DNA of 64,000 bases from an uncultured Candidatus Saccharibacteria bacterium (GCA_964532425.1 CAZHIA010000007.1:64008-128007), one strand, 5' to 3'; counted from the stretch's first letter, positions 37,227 through 46,955 are shown. Made by a program: numbers and translations. Notes: generated from the letters alone by a model not told the origin.

Positions 37227-37339
37227 GTCATTGCGAGCCCCGCCCTTTTTGCATCAAAAGGGTGGGGCGAAGCAATCTTTCCACATTGTGAAATAATAGA
37301 TTGCTTCGTTATTCGGATGCACTCATTCCTCGCAATGAC
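37227..37339. repeat. MITE-like element, same family
   Basis: It shows the same terminal and sub-terminal inverted-repeat architecture, GTCATTGCGAG...GAAGCAATC...GATTGCTTCG...CTCGCAATGAC, over 113 bp. Confidence 0.6.
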
Positions 37340-37370
37340 AGTTGTAGGGGCGGGTCTGTGACCCGCCCAA

Positions 37371-37415
37371 TGTTTTTGAAATAAAAATCCGCCCCAGTCA
37401 TTCGACGGGGCGGAT
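37371..37415 (-). terminator. intrinsic terminator for minus-strand gene 37423..37959
   Basis: On the minus strand the hairpin AATCCGCCCC-gtcgaatgact-GGGGCGGATT is followed by TTTTATTTC. Confidence 0.6.
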
Positions 37416-37422
37416 TGTGCGT

Positions 37423-37959
37423 TTACAGTTGGTCGGTGTATTCGCGCATAGATCGTTGGAGCTGTAGAGACTTTTTGCGCAAGTCTGCACGTAACCCATT
37501 GAGGCGCTCAAGGGCCAGAGGGAGGTGCGAGATGGTGCTTATATCGGCCTCGGCAATGAGGAATCCATAGAGTTTGGATAACTCTTCGCGAACCAGGAAC
37601 CCGATCTCGCACGGGCTGGTTGATACGGCAGTGCGCTTGATGGCGACTATTTGCCCGTGTCCGAGCCAATTCTCGCAGCGCTGGCGGGACCATCCCGTAG
37701 CTAAAGCGAGAAATTCTTCCTCGGCTAGTGCTCCACAAACTACCCTCGGCTGGATTTTGTCTTCGGTAAATGCTTCCGTAAATGTTTGGTACAGGTGATA
37801 GAGGGGGCTGTTTGCCGTGCGGTAGAACAAGTGGATGTCCGACCCGAACAGGTTCAGTGTATCGCTGTGAGAATTCACGTGGAAGAGAATCCGGACAATT
37901 ACCCGGGATTGACTCTCTTTGTTAAGCCATTTCCAAAATGTTTGCGCTTCGCTACTCAT
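37423..37959 (-). CDS. hypothetical protein
   Basis: It is a 178-aa ORF, and a minus-strand intrinsic terminator at 37371-37415 follows its stop. Confidence 0.4.
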   Translation of the reverse strand: MSSEAQTFWKWLNKESQSRVIVRILFHVNSHSDTLNLFGSDIHLFYRTANSPLYHLYQTFTEAFTEDKIQPRVVCGALAEEEFLALATGWSRQRCENWLGHGQIVAIKRTAVSTSPCEIGFLVREELSKLYGFLIAEADISTISHLPLALERLNGLRADLRKKSLQLQRSMREYTDQL

Positions 37960-38169
37960 ATATCCTCCAGTTGCCTAGGGTAACCCGTCGGCTATGGTTT
38001 TTGATTGCCTCTTGGCAATCTGCGTAGTATAGAAGGAATAGGTGAGGGGTGTCAAACGGGTAAGGTTCCGAGTAGTTTGCAATGTAAGGAACGGTCTAGA
38101 CCGTTCCCTACGAAAACTGTTGCATAAATTGAAAAACACGGACACCCTGAATGGGGTGTCCGTGTAGTG

Positions 38170-38559
38170 TTACGCGGCAGCTTTGGCGGCTGCCGGCGTC
38201 AAATCGAAGGAGAGAAACATCTGGGGGCCGGTGTCCATCGACAGGTATGCTTGGGGGTGCGGAGGAAAGCCGACTTTGTACCACGGAAGCTTTTCCGTCA
38301 GCCGAGCTTGCAAGATCAGACGGTGGCGAATGATCGTCCCTGTCGCTTCGTCTTTTACCTCCACAACCTTAACCGGTTCCCAGCAGGCAATCCGAATCTG
38401 GTGGCGACCGTTCTGCCCGTCTTGATTGACGAACTCCGCGGTTAGCTGGGTTTCGTCATCCAGTTTCCCTGTCGGGGTTAACGGTACGGTGCGGGCGAAC
38501 TCTCGGTATGGTTCCAATTCCGGGATCTTCGTTTCGGTGTCTCTATCTATTACTCTCAT
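38170..38559 (-). CDS. hypothetical protein
   Basis: The start was chosen at MRVIDR because it has an AAGGAGG RBS. An alternative start at 38622 is possible. Confidence 0.35.
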   Translation of the reverse strand: MRVIDRDTETKIPELEPYREFARTVPLTPTGKLDDETQLTAEFVNQDGQNGRHQIRIACWEPVKVVEVKDEATGTIIRHRLILQARLTEKLPWYKVGFPPHPQAYLSMDTGPQMFLSFDLTPAAAKAAA

Positions 38560-38964
38560 TTTAACTGCTATTCCTCCTTTCGCCATTGCTGTATGGTAAG
38601 GCCAGAAAGCGGGTATTGTCAAGTGAAGTTTTACTTATGGTATATTGCAGGGAATGTTTCCTGTAGGGGCGTGCGACTTTATCCGCCGAAGTCTTGGCGT
38701 AGGCGGGAGTTGTCCGTCGTACGTTAATAAATATTCCCATATGATAGTTCCAGCGGGCGCCTGACGGCTGCCCCTACGCTGCAAGGCACACCTGTCTGTT
38801 GTAGGGGCGTGCGACAGCAGCCCGTTCTCCTGATGATTTTGTGATGCGCTTTAACTGGCGCCTGAGGGCTGGTCGCCCACAAGAAAAGCCTGCCGAATTC
38901 TGCTCTGGGGAACCTTTGGCACCGGGATGGCCGCATGTTAGAATACCAGTGAAAGGAAAATCCT

Positions 38965-39192
38965 ATGGAAACCAATATCAACCCGGTGCCAAAACCAGTC
39001 AGCCAGGAACAAATGTTGCAGGAAATTTACGAAAATACCCGCAAGACTATGAATTACATGAAGTGGCAGCTCTATATAACCATTGCCCTGGTGGTCTTGC
39101 CGCTGCTGGCTACGCTTATTATGATCCCGGTCCTCATGAAGAGCTTGAGTACGCTTGGTGGCGTATATGGGGCCGGTGGTCTTTTACAGTAA
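38965..39192 (+). CDS. hypothetical small membrane protein
   Basis: It is 75 aa with an AAGGA RBS and one TM helix. Confidence 0.4.
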   Translation: METNINPVPKPVSQEQMLQEIYENTRKTMNYMKWQLYITIALVVLPLLATLIMIPVLMKSLSTLGGVYGAGGLLQ

Positions 39193-39204
39193 CATTAACA
39201 CGAA

Positions 39205-39300
39205 TATGATACGGATATACGGATAGGTGCTGATGATACGGATAATACTGATGAGGTCCCATCCGTATCCATCAGTATCATCCGCATGCATCCGTATATC
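39205..39300. repeat. iteron-like array of ATACGGAT / ATCCGTAT octamers
   Basis: There are at least three direct GATACGGAT(A) copies, followed by inverted ATCCGTAT(C) copies and a TGATGATAC...GTATCATCCG symmetry. Confidence 0.45.
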
Positions 39301-39314
39301 GGTATCTCACAATT

Positions 39315-39659
39315 ATGGAAAACGAAAAATGGGAACAGCTTGTCCAAATGGTGAAGACCAAGTTTGACGACGTGGAGCTCTCCACGGAAGATCTTGAGCT
39401 GGAGACTCAGGATGGCCCTGTCAAACAGGGAACCATGGACATTCTGATTTTCGAAAATAATGGCGGGCGCTTCAAGTTGACGCGAGAGAACCGGCCGGTG
39501 GTGCTCGAAAAAAAAGAACACTTCAGCCACCGGATGGGGGACACAGCTCGGACCGAGTACAAATTTTCCGAGACGGAATATTCGCACAAGCTCAGAGTAT
39601 ACAAGGAGACAGGATATGAGGAGTGGGAAGAGATAACTTTGGATAAACTTAGGATATAG
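39315..39659 (+). CDS. hypothetical acidic protein
   Basis: It is 114 aa and sits downstream of the ATACGGAT repeat array. Confidence 0.4.
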   Translation: MENEKWEQLVQMVKTKFDDVELSTEDLELETQDGPVKQGTMDILIFENNGGRFKLTRENRPVVLEKKEHFSHRMGDTARTEYKFSETEYSHKLRVYKETGYEEWEEITLDKLRI

Positions 39660-39660
39660 A

Positions 39661-39705
39661 AATACAGTAGAAATACAATTGAAATAAATAGAAATACAAT
39701 TGTAT
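39661..39705. repeat. left inverted repeat flanking the four-helix-bundle gene
   Basis: GAAATACAGTAGAAATACAATTGAAATAAATAGAAATACAATTG is the reverse complement, at most positions, of 40096-40146. Confidence 0.5.
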
Positions 39706-40084
39706 GAACCAGAACACATATGTGCATTTGTACGACTTGGAGGTGTATAAGCTAGCTCGAGAGCTTTCTCGGGTCGGTTGGCAAATTTACGAGAAGTTAG
39801 ACTGGCAAACTAAGAAGATCATGGGAGACCAGTTTATAGAGTCAACAGATTCCACTGGAGCAAACATAGCAGAGGGGTACGGGCGGTTCCATTTTTTGGA
39901 TAAAATAAAGTTTTACTACAATAGTCGTGCATCGCTATTTGAATGTGGGTTACACTGGATAAGTTTATTAGAAGAGAGAGAAAAGGTGGAGCATGATTTG
40001 GCTTTGGAGTTTAAGAATGTTGCTAAGCAGTTATCAGTTAAGTTGAATAATTTTATTACTGTTTCGTATCAGCACCGCAAGTAA
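39704..40084 (+). CDS. four-helix-bundle protein (23S rRNA intervening-sequence protein / DGR Avd-like family)
   Basis: It shows YKLARELS....Y......K...GDQ...S..S...NIAEGYGR........Y..RAS..E, which is typical of this family. The gene is AT-rich and flanked by roughly 40-bp inverted repeats. Confidence 0.6.
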   Translation: MNQNTYVHLYDLEVYKLARELSRVGWQIYEKLDWQTKKIMGDQFIESTDSTGANIAEGYGRFHFLDKIKFYYNSRASLFECGLHWISLLEEREKVEHDLALEFKNVAKQLSVKLNNFITVSYQHRK

Positions 40085-40095
40085 TTGTCCGGTAC

Positions 40096-40146
40096 TATTG
40101 TAATTCTACTATATTTCTACTGCATTTCAATTGTATTTCTATCTCA
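40096..40146. repeat. right inverted repeat flanking the four-helix-bundle gene
   Basis: ATTGTAATTCTACTATATTTCTACTGCATTTCAATTGTATTTCTATCTC mirrors the left flank. Confidence 0.5.
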
Positions 40147-41127
40147 ATGCTTAAAGATCAGGTATTATCCACATTACGTTTCTTCGATCTCCAAGACTTC
40201 CCGCTCACGTTAACTGAGCTGTGCATGTATTTGGTTGCGGAACCGTCCGAGCTCGGCGGTACCCAGCAGAACTCGTGGGAGTACGCGGGGCAGCAGGCTG
40301 GGGGACAACCGGCAGGCATGGATGAAATATTACAATGCCTGGAGCAGGACTGCCGGGGTTTGTACGAAACGGACCGGGGATTTTATTTTTTGCCTGGCCG
40401 TAGCCGGATTGTGGCGCAGCGGCTGCTGGGTTATTTGGGCGGCATTGGCCGGCAGCGGCGCATTTGGCGCTACAGCGGGTTTTTGCGGCACATCCCATTC
40501 GTGCGCGGTGCGGCTCTTTCGGGTTCGCAGGCACTGGGCCAGCAGAAGGAATCGTCCGATATTGATCTGCTTATTTTTACTGATCCGGCATTTTTATGGC
40601 TGGCACGGACACTGGTGACCGGATATTTCCAACTAATCGGCATGCGTCGCCATGGGCGCTATGTCGCGGGCCGGTTCTGCCTCAATCACTATATTGCCGG
40701 GACTAAAGAGTTGTCCGCATTCCGCAATTTGTACACGGCGCTCGAATACGCCAAACTTCGACCGCTCGCGTATCCTCAAGCGATTGCCAGGTTTCAGGTT
40801 GCGAACCGTTGGATACAATTTTATCTGCCGAATTTTTCTGCTGGAAACCCTGCGAATCAACCCCAGTCGCGGGCACAGTACCGATTGGAACAGTGGCTGG
40901 GCGGACGGTTCGGTAAATCTTTAGAACGCATATTAAAATCCTGGCAGCAACCAAAGATCCGCCAGGAAAAATTCATTATCGTAGAAATGGACGAGCTGTC
41001 GTTCCATCCCGACAGCAAGCAGCAATATCTGCTGCAGCGTTTTTTTAGTCCCTCAGCCCAGGTTTTACAAACTCCAAAAGTAACAATAACGGATACCGGT
41101 ATAGTTGATACTGCAAATCGAAATTAA
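40147..41127 (+). CDS. nucleotidyltransferase-domain protein
   Basis: It has the Pol-beta-type NTase motif GSQALGQQKESSDIDLLIF. Its 3' end overlaps the convergent methyltransferase gene by about 80 nt, so the true end is uncertain. Confidence 0.45.
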   Translation: MLKDQVLSTLRFFDLQDFPLTLTELCMYLVAEPSELGGTQQNSWEYAGQQAGGQPAGMDEILQCLEQDCRGLYETDRGFYFLPGRSRIVAQRLLGYLGGIGRQRRIWRYSGFLRHIPFVRGAALSGSQALGQQKESSDIDLLIFTDPAFLWLARTLVTGYFQLIGMRRHGRYVAGRFCLNHYIAGTKELSAFRNLYTALEYAKLRPLAYPQAIARFQVANRWIQFYLPNFSAGNPANQPQSRAQYRLEQWLGGRFGKSLERILKSWQQPKIRQEKFIIVEMDELSFHPDSKQQYLLQRFFSPSAQVLQTPKVTITDTGIVDTANRN

Positions 41128-41809
41128 GACTATCCTGCCGGCTTCCGAGTTCTTCAATCCGCGCGTGCACGAACTGTGCCGCGCGGGCTTTATTAATGTA
41201 GTCGGCGAGCGTATAGGCATTGGAACTGATAAGGATGTTGTCCTCGCCTGCCGGGTTAAACTGCCGCACTATGCCGGACTGGGTCGCGTAGTTTCCGGTA
41301 AGGCGCAACGTCGGCTTCCGGCCGAGTGCGAGATCGGTAATGCTTCGCTTCCAGACTGCAGCCGGAAAAGTGTAGTACGGATTCGGTATGGTGACGATGA
41401 GACGGCCGCCGGGTTTAGCCACGGCAAACAGATTTTTGTACATCGCATCGAGATCGCTAATGTCCGGCGCTGCCATGTTGAGGATGACGGTATCGAACGT
41501 CTCACTCGGGTAGGGGAGCGGTCCGGTCAGGTCGGCAGTTTGGAAGTCGATCTCCGGAAAGTGATGCTTGGCGTAATCGACAAAATGCGGAGACGAGTCG
41601 CAGCCAAAAACATGGCGGTAAACCAGGCCCAAGGTGCCACAAAGCCAGCCCGGACCACAACCGGCGTCCAGGATGGAAGTAGGTTTAAAAGCGGCGAGGG
41701 ATTTGAGGATGGCTTTACTCAGGGTATCTTTTTGTACCTGGCCATTGGCAGAATCCAAGAATGCTAAATATCCCGCTGCCGCGGCCTGGTCTTGATAGCC
41801 GTTGTTCAT
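41045..41809 (-). CDS. class I SAM-dependent methyltransferase
   Basis: It has motif I ILDAGCGPGW and a Rossmann-fold pattern. Confidence 0.65.
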   Translation of the reverse strand: MNNGYQDQAAAAGYLAFLDSANGQVQKDTLSKAILKSLAAFKPTSILDAGCGPGWLCGTLGLVYRHVFGCDSSPHFVDYAKHHFPEIDFQTADLTGPLPYPSETFDTVILNMAAPDISDLDAMYKNLFAVAKPGGRLIVTIPNPYYTFPAAVWKRSITDLALGRKPTLRLTGNYATQSGIVRQFNPAGEDNILISSNAYTLADYINKARAAQFVHARIEELGSRQDSLNFDLQYQLYRYPLLLLLEFVKPGLRD

Positions 41810-41895
41810 ACTGGTATTATAACATTTACGAGTTGCTTCGGGGGCATTTGCAGGAAGGGAAGCTAATGGCTTCCCCTACGTAGTGACCCTGTCTT

Positions 41896-41920
41896 TGTAG
41901 GGGCGGATATTATCCGCCCG
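41896..41920. repeat. REP-like hairpin family TGTAGGGGCGGATAnTATCCGCCCG
   Basis: It matches 52794-52818 at 24 of 25 positions. Related TTGTAGGGGCGGGTCTGTGACCCGCCC lies at 37342-37368, and TGTAGGGGCGTGCGAC lies at 38655 and 38800. Confidence 0.5.
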
Positions 41921-41990
41921 CTCGATTACTGGCATAGTTATTAGTTTAGTAGTTTCGTATATTTTAGTATTTAGTAGAGAGTGGGCGAGT

Positions 41991-42017
41991 TTAGCAATCT
42001 GCTTGACAGAGTGCTAA
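41991..42017 (+). promoter_or_regulatory. CIRCE (HrcA operator) overlapping groES promoter
   Basis: The sequence TTAGCAATC-N9-GAGTGCTAA differs from the consensus TTAGCACTC-N9-GAGTGCTAA at one position. The TTGACA -35 (42003-42008) sits inside the spacer and TATAAT is at 42025-42030. Confidence 0.7.
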
Positions 42018-42116
42018 TGTGCGCTATAATACATTTTGAGATTACTCGATAAACAAGATAAGTAATTGCCGATGCCGCTAACATAAGCGGTCCATAGGCA
42101 CATCAGGAGAGATTGT

Positions 42117-42425
42117 ATGAAAGTCAAACCGTTAGGCAACCGGATCCTGGTAAAACAGCTTTCAACCGAAGAGGTGACCAAGTCGGGAATTGTTTTGCCC
42201 GGATCTATGGATAAGGAAAAGAAGGCCCAGGGTAAAATTGTGGAAGTCGGCCCGGGCGAGGAAATAAAAACGCTTGGCCTGAAAGTTGGCGATGTCGTGG
42301 TCTTTTCCAATTACGCCGGAACTGAAGTGGAGATTGAGGAGAATGGCGAGAAAGTCGAGTACAAAGTTTTGTACGTCGGCAAGGAAAAGGATGACAGCGA
42401 CGTGGTGGCAATAATAGAGCAATAA
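42117..42425 (+). CDS. groES: co-chaperonin GroES
   Basis: It shows KPLGNRILVK...GIVLPGS...GKIVEVGPG, and a CIRCE operator lies upstream. Confidence 0.9.
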   Translation: MKVKPLGNRILVKQLSTEEVTKSGIVLPGSMDKEKKAQGKIVEVGPGEEIKTLGLKVGDVVVFSNYAGTEVEIEENGEKVEYKVLYVGKEKDDSDVVAIIEQ

Positions 42426-42550
42426 CAATACATTCATCAAAATTCCAAATCACAAATCACAAATTCCAAATAAATTCCAAACTTCAAATTCAAATGAGTA
42501 AGCAGTTTTGGAGTTTGGAAATTGAAAATTATTTGTAATTTGATACTTGG
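42426..42550. repeat. CCAAAT/ATTTGG-rich inverted-repeat element (groES-groEL spacer)
   Basis: It reads AAATTCCAAATCACAAATCACAAATTCCAAATAAATTCCAAACTTCAAATTC...TTTGGAGTTTGGAAATTGAAAATTATTTGTAATTTGATACTTGGTACTTGGAATTTT. Confidence 0.45.
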
Positions 42551-42577
42551 TACTTGGAATTTTTCCGAAGGAATATT

Positions 42578-44221
42578 ATGGCGAAAATTATCAAATACGG
42601 TTATGAGGCCAAGCAGGCCATCAAGGCCGGCGTGGACAAGGCGGCGAACGTCGTCAAAGTTACTTTAGGTCCTACCGGTAAGACAGTCATTTTGGACAAA
42701 GGTTTCGGCAGCCCGTCCGTAACAGACGACGGCGTGACCGTGGCTAAAGATATTGAACTCGAAGACAAGTTTGAAAATGTCGGCGCCTCTCTCATTCAGG
42801 AAGTGGCCAATAAGACTAATGAAGAAGCTGGTGACGGTACGACCACGGCAACCGTGCTGGCCCAGAAGATGATCGAAGAGGCTTTCGGCGCCGTGGCGAT
42901 CAACTCTTCCCGCGCCAATGACATTAAGAAGGGGATGGACAAGGCTGTGTCTTTTGTAGTGGAAGAACTGCATAAAATGAAGAAAGACATCAAGGACCGC
43001 GGCGAGATTCAGCAGGTGGCGACCATTGCCTCGCTCGATCCGGAAGTCGGCAAACTTATTGCCGAGGCTATGGAAGAAGTTGGCCATGACGGCGTGATCA
43101 CGGTTGAGGAAGGCCAGACCATTGGACTCGAAAAGGAAGTGGTCAAAGGCATGCGCTTTGACAAGGGATTCGTTTCCCCGTACATGATGACCAACACCGA
43201 GCGCATGGAAGCCGTGTGGGAAGACCCGTTCATTTTAATTACTGATAAGAAAATTTCCAGCGTGCAGGATGTCCTGCCGCTGCTCGAAAAAGTCGCCCAG
43301 AGCGGCAAGAAGGATCTCGTTATTATTGCCGATGACGTGGAAGGTGAAGCTTTGGCAACATTCATCCTGAACAAGATCCGCGGCACGTTCAATGTCCTGG
43401 CCGTGAAAGCCCCGGGATTCGGCGACCGCAGGAAGGAAATGCTCCAGGACATTGCGGTCTTAACCGGCGGCGAAGTCATTACCGAAGATTTGGGACTTAA
43501 GCTGGATAAGTCTGAACTCTCCCAGCTTGGCCGCGCCCGCCGCGTAGTTGCGACCAAGGAACATACGACTATCATTGACGGTGCGGGCGACAAGAATGCC
43601 ATCGAGGGCCGCGTACAGCAGATCCGGAATGCCATCAAAGATTCCACTTCCGATTTTGACCGCGAGAAATTGCAGGAACGCATGGCCCGGCTGGCTGGCG
43701 GCGTGGGCGTCATTAAAGTCGGCGCCTTTACCGAGACCGAGATGAAAGCTAAAAAATTCAAGATCGAAGACGCGCTTAATGCCACCAAAGCTGCCGTGGA
43801 AGAGGGAATCATCCCGGGCGGCGGCGTGGCTTTGGCCAAGGTCGCTCCGAAGCTCGACGGTTTCGGCAAGGATCTGACTGACGGCGAGAAGGCCGGTGTC
43901 AAGGTCATCCGCAATTCCCTGGAAGCGCCGATCCGCCAGATCGCCATCAACTCCGGCGTGGAAATTACTCCTATCTTGAGCAAGATCCACAATTCCAGTG
44001 ATCCGAACGTGGGGTATAACTTTGCCACGTTGACCGAGGCTGACATGCTCAAAGAAGGCATTGTCGATCCGCTGAAGGTCGCGCGCTTGGCCCTGGAGAA
44101 CGCGGTGTCTATCGCGTCCACCCTGGTCACCAGCGAGGCGATCGTCGTCGACAAACCCGAACCCAAGACCCCGGCTGCCCCCGGCGGCCATATGGGCGGC
44201 ATGGGTGGGATGGATTACTAG
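42578..44221 (+). CDS. groL: chaperonin GroEL
   Basis: It shows AKIIKYG...[23 protein letters not shown] and a C-terminal GGM repeat. Confidence 0.9.
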   Translation: MAKIIKYGYEAKQAIKAGVDKAANVVKVTLGPTGKTVILDKGFGSPSVTDDGVTVAKDIELEDKFENVGASLIQEVANKTNEEAGDGTTTATVLAQKMIEEAFGAVAINSSRANDIKKGMDKAVSFVVEELHKMKKDIKDRGEIQQVATIASLDPEVGKLIAEAMEEVGHDGVITVEEGQTIGLEKEVVKGMRFDKGFVSPYMMTNTERMEAVWEDPFILITDKKISSVQDVLPLLEKVAQSGKKDLVIIADDVEGEALATFILNKIRGTFNVLAVKAPGFGDRRKEMLQDIAVLTGGEVITEDLGLKLDKSELSQLGRARRVVATKEHTTIIDGAGDKNAIEGRVQQIRNAIKDSTSDFDREKLQERMARLAGGVGVIKVGAFTETEMKAKKFKIEDALNATKAAVEEGIIPGGGVALAKVAPKLDGFGKDLTDGEKAGVKVIRNSLEAPIRQIAINSGVEITPILSKIHNSSDPNVGYNFATLTEADMLKEGIVDPLKVARLALENAVSIASTLVTSEAIVVDKPEPKTPAAPGGHMGGMGGMDY

Positions 44222-44237
44222 AATACATTTCCGATAT

Positions 44238-44272
44238 GTAAGGCGCTTTTTTAAGCGCCTTACTTTTAATTT
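44238..44272 (+). terminator. intrinsic terminator after groEL
   Basis: The hairpin GTAAGGCGC-tttttt-AAGCGCCTTAC is followed by TTTTAATTT. Confidence 0.65.
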
Positions 44273-44308
44273 GTGCTATAATAAGACAAAAGTAACTAAT
44301 ATATTTAT

Positions 44309-44623
44309 ATGTTTTCCGAAAAACAATTACATGAAACGGCAGGGCCGTGGGATGCCCGCTTGGACGAAATGTATGAGGGTTTTGACCATGATCAAAATTT
44401 TACCCACCACTTTCCCTCCCAGGAAGAATTTGACCGGTTTGTGTCCCTGCAAGTGGCTGATTACATAAAAAATCATGATGCTGAGCACGTATCTAACCCT
44501 CCAGATGCAACACTCAACGCCGCTTTTGCTGCGGTGAGGGGGATGATTGCTACCATAGTCGAAACAGGCAAATTTCATCCGGACAGCGACGTGACCATGA
44601 CCCATTCCCAATCGACCCGGTAG
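44309..44623 (+). CDS. hypothetical protein
   Basis: It is a 104-aa ORF that follows an extended -10 TGTGCTATAAT. A bidirectional terminator lies downstream. Confidence 0.4.
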   Translation: MFSEKQLHETAGPWDARLDEMYEGFDHDQNFTHHFPSQEEFDRFVSLQVADYIKNHDAEHVSNPPDATLNAAFAAVRGMIATIVETGKFHPDSDVTMTHSQSTR

Positions 44624-44647
44624 GGTGTAGAAACATGTGCAAATTAT

Positions 44648-44689
44648 AAATGTCACAATGAGGATGCTCATTGTGACATTTTCGTTTTT
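44648..44689. terminator. bidirectional terminator
   Basis: The hairpin AAATGTCACAATGAG-gatg-CTCATTGTGACATTT has a perfect 15-bp stem and is followed by TCGTTTTT. Confidence 0.6.
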
Positions 44690-44972
44690 AGCTCGGAAGT
44701 GAAACTTTCTTGGCATGGGGGCTGGCTCCGGAGGCTGGAAGGGGAAGGTGGGCAATTTGCTGCCGGGCTTGCTCCCATTCCGAGAGCGGCATGGCAGCAA
44801 ATAACGGGTTGTTCTCTGCCTCGGTCAGCAGGTTGAAAATTTGCTCTTTGGTGGTGGCCAGCCAGCGGTGGCTTTTTCCGGAGATTCGGATCTTGATATA
44901 GACAAACTTCAGGGAAAGCCTTCCGAGCGGCAGCTTGAACGGTTGAAATACGATCGTGCTGTCCGCGGACAT
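44688..44972 (-). CDS. hypothetical protein
   Basis: It is a 94-aa ORF convergent with the previous gene. Confidence 0.35.
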   Translation of the reverse strand: MSADSTIVFQPFKLPLGRLSLKFVYIKIRISGKSHRWLATTKEQIFNLLTEAENNPLFAAMPLSEWEQARQQIAHLPLPASGASPHAKKVSLPS

Positions 44973-45067
44973 GGGTCCTCCTTAGTATCTTGTAATTTTA
45001 AATCGGGTCAGTCTCGTTGTCAATTAGCCGGTTTTTAAAAAATTTGTTATTATTATGGCATAATTAT

Positions 45068-46456
45068 ATGGCCGAGACTCTCCGATATTATGAATCGTTT
45101 CCGGACTTCTCTGTAATGAGAAAAGACCGGGACAGTGCGTATCCAGACGAACTGGAACTGGTTCCTTTGCGGCCTTTGGTCCACAATACAAGTCACGCAG
45201 AGCGGACACGTATCATGACTGCAGTGCTGGAAGCGGTCGCCAGTCTAAAGACCCGAGGAACGGCCGAACAGATACTGATCGGAATTTTTGAAAGAAATTC
45301 CAACGAGCAGACAATCTTACTGAGCCGGTGGGAAGATTCTCTTCTCAGAACTTTTCAGCACTTGCCACCCGATGCGGACATTGATAAGGAAGTGGCAACT
45401 GCGTTGGCTCCGCTTTCGGCGTACGTCCAGCGGTTTTACCATGAACACAAGCGGCATATTGAGCAACAGGCTCTGAATCGGGGTGTACAACCTCGAGAGC
45501 TAGCCCCTGCTGATTTTTTGGGAAGGATCACAACTCCCCAAGGTGTCATTAGTCCGCTCAAGTACATTCGGGCGCGCGATAGGGCATTCCCCTTGCAGCA
45601 GGAAAAAGGTGTTTACGAGAAGGGTGATCAGCATGCTTTTTATTTAAACGAGAGGCTCGATGCTGGCGATGCGGTGGACTTGGTAGAAGTAATTTATCAT
45701 CAGTCATCGGCTGGGATGGGTATCCGTGAAGTGCGATTGGTCCAGATTGCCTCGAGTGATATCCATGTTCAGGATAAAATAGAACAAGTCAGACAAAAGC
45801 ATCCGAGGCTGGTGGGAGAATGGGAGGGCAGGCTGGAACGGTTCAATGAAATGTATTTTCCGGAACTAAAATTTCCGGATCGCGCTGCGGAAGATACATA
45901 TTTTGACGAACAGCTATTATTGTTTGCAGAAACGCTAGAGACGATGAGCGAGTCTGAAGATCAGAATAAGCGTACTAAGAAATTTGAGAAACTGGTGAAC
46001 CGGATCGGTATGGCCTATGGCCTCCCCACTCAGCAGCTGCCGCTTGAAGCACGGGCACGCATCGGCTCGAGGGTGTTTTACGATTTTTTGATTACCGCTG
46101 TCCGTAACGACTTTTTTATCCATGAAATCGCAGACGCTATCAGCGAGGAGTTGAAGCATATACAAAAGAACTCTGATCGGGGCTATGCGGTGCGGCTCTA
46201 TATAGACCACCTCCAGGAATTGGTCGATCATGATGCTGTGACTTACAGTCCCCAAGTTGCCGAGCAGGTGAGAAACGTAACTGACCGCATCCGGGCTGAG
46301 TTCCCAAATCTTGATTGGCGCGGTTCCTATCCGCAGACAGTCAGTATTCCTAAATTCCGTTCGGTAGTTGCGGTGGCCGATAAAAAAACATTTTACAACC
46401 AAGAAATTCCGGTGTCGGGGAAGCCGGGTAAATATCTGGTGCACCGGATACATTAA
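45068..46456 (+). CDS. hypothetical protein
   Basis: It is a roughly 460-aa ORF with the start chosen at MAETLRYYE. No nuclease or transposase motifs were found. Confidence 0.45.
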   Translation: MAETLRYYESFPDFSVMRKDRDSAYPDELELVPLRPLVHNTSHAERTRIMTAVLEAVASLKTRGTAEQILIGIFERNSNEQTILLSRWEDSLLRTFQHLPPDADIDKEVATALAPLSAYVQRFYHEHKRHIEQQALNRGVQPRELAPADFLGRITTPQGVISPLKYIRARDRAFPLQQEKGVYEKGDQHAFYLNERLDAGDAVDLVEVIYHQSSAGMGIREVRLVQIASSDIHVQDKIEQVRQKHPRLVGEWEGRLERFNEMYFPELKFPDRAAEDTYFDEQLLLFAETLETMSESEDQNKRTKKFEKLVNRIGMAYGLPTQQLPLEARARIGSRVFYDFLITAVRNDFFIHEIADAISEELKHIQKNSDRGYAVRLYIDHLQELVDHDAVTYSPQVAEQVRNVTDRIRAEFPNLDWRGSYPQTVSIPKFRSVVAVADKKTFYNQEIPVSGKPGKYLVHRIH

Positions 46457-46524
46457 TCCTTGACCGTTATAGAACCCTCTGGTATACTTTGTCTTCGACC
46501 TAGTATAGCGGAGGACTAAATTAT

Positions 46525-46821
46525 ATGAGTGAAAAGATGGAATTAGGCTCAAAAGCCTATGAAGCGCCGGAAGGGTTAGATTCGGCGATGGGGGATCTGC
46601 GGCTTGTTCCGTTGCAACAATCGGGAGCAGATCGTGCCGAACAGTCTCCAGCCATTTGGGATCCTGCCGCTTTCCGTGTTTCTTTAAACGAATTTTTACC
46701 GCAGCTAGTACAAATCCGCCAGCAACGAAAGATGGGTTCTATTACCGGACTGCAGGCAGATGAGCGCACGAAGATGGTTTTAGATCAGGCGCGGGCTAGA
46801 TATCGGGAGCAACACTCATGA
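46525..46821 (+). CDS. hypothetical protein
   Basis: It is a 98-aa ORF with a GGAGGA RBS, and a terminator follows. Confidence 0.45.
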   Translation: MSEKMELGSKAYEAPEGLDSAMGDLRLVPLQQSGADRAEQSPAIWDPAAFRVSLNEFLPQLVQIRQQRKMGSITGLQADERTKMVLDQARARYREQHS

Positions 46822-46829
46822 CAAGCGAA

Positions 46830-46870
46830 AAATCGGGAAAAGGCGAAGCCTGACCCGATTTTTATTATAA
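46830..46870 (+). terminator. intrinsic terminator
   Basis: The hairpin AAAATCGGG...CCCGATTTT is followed by TATTAT. Confidence 0.55.
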
Positions 46871-46926
46871 TTTATGATTATTTATGGCTTAATTAAGCCA
46901 TATTTTCAGTATTGGCGGGATAACTC

Positions 46927-46955
46927 TTGACAAAAAACAGCTTTTGGTGTATACT
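46927..46955 (+). promoter_or_regulatory. consensus sigma70-type promoter with no downstream ORF
   Basis: It reads TTGACA, a 17-nt spacer, then TATACT, and is preceded by an AT-rich UP-like region and the palindrome TGGCTTAATTAAGCCA. Confidence 0.5.

Noticed and set aside
39704-41127. Diversity-generating retroelement
   Set aside because: An Avd-family gene is present, but there is no reverse transcriptase (no YxDD protein) and no TR/VR near-identical repeat pair in the window.
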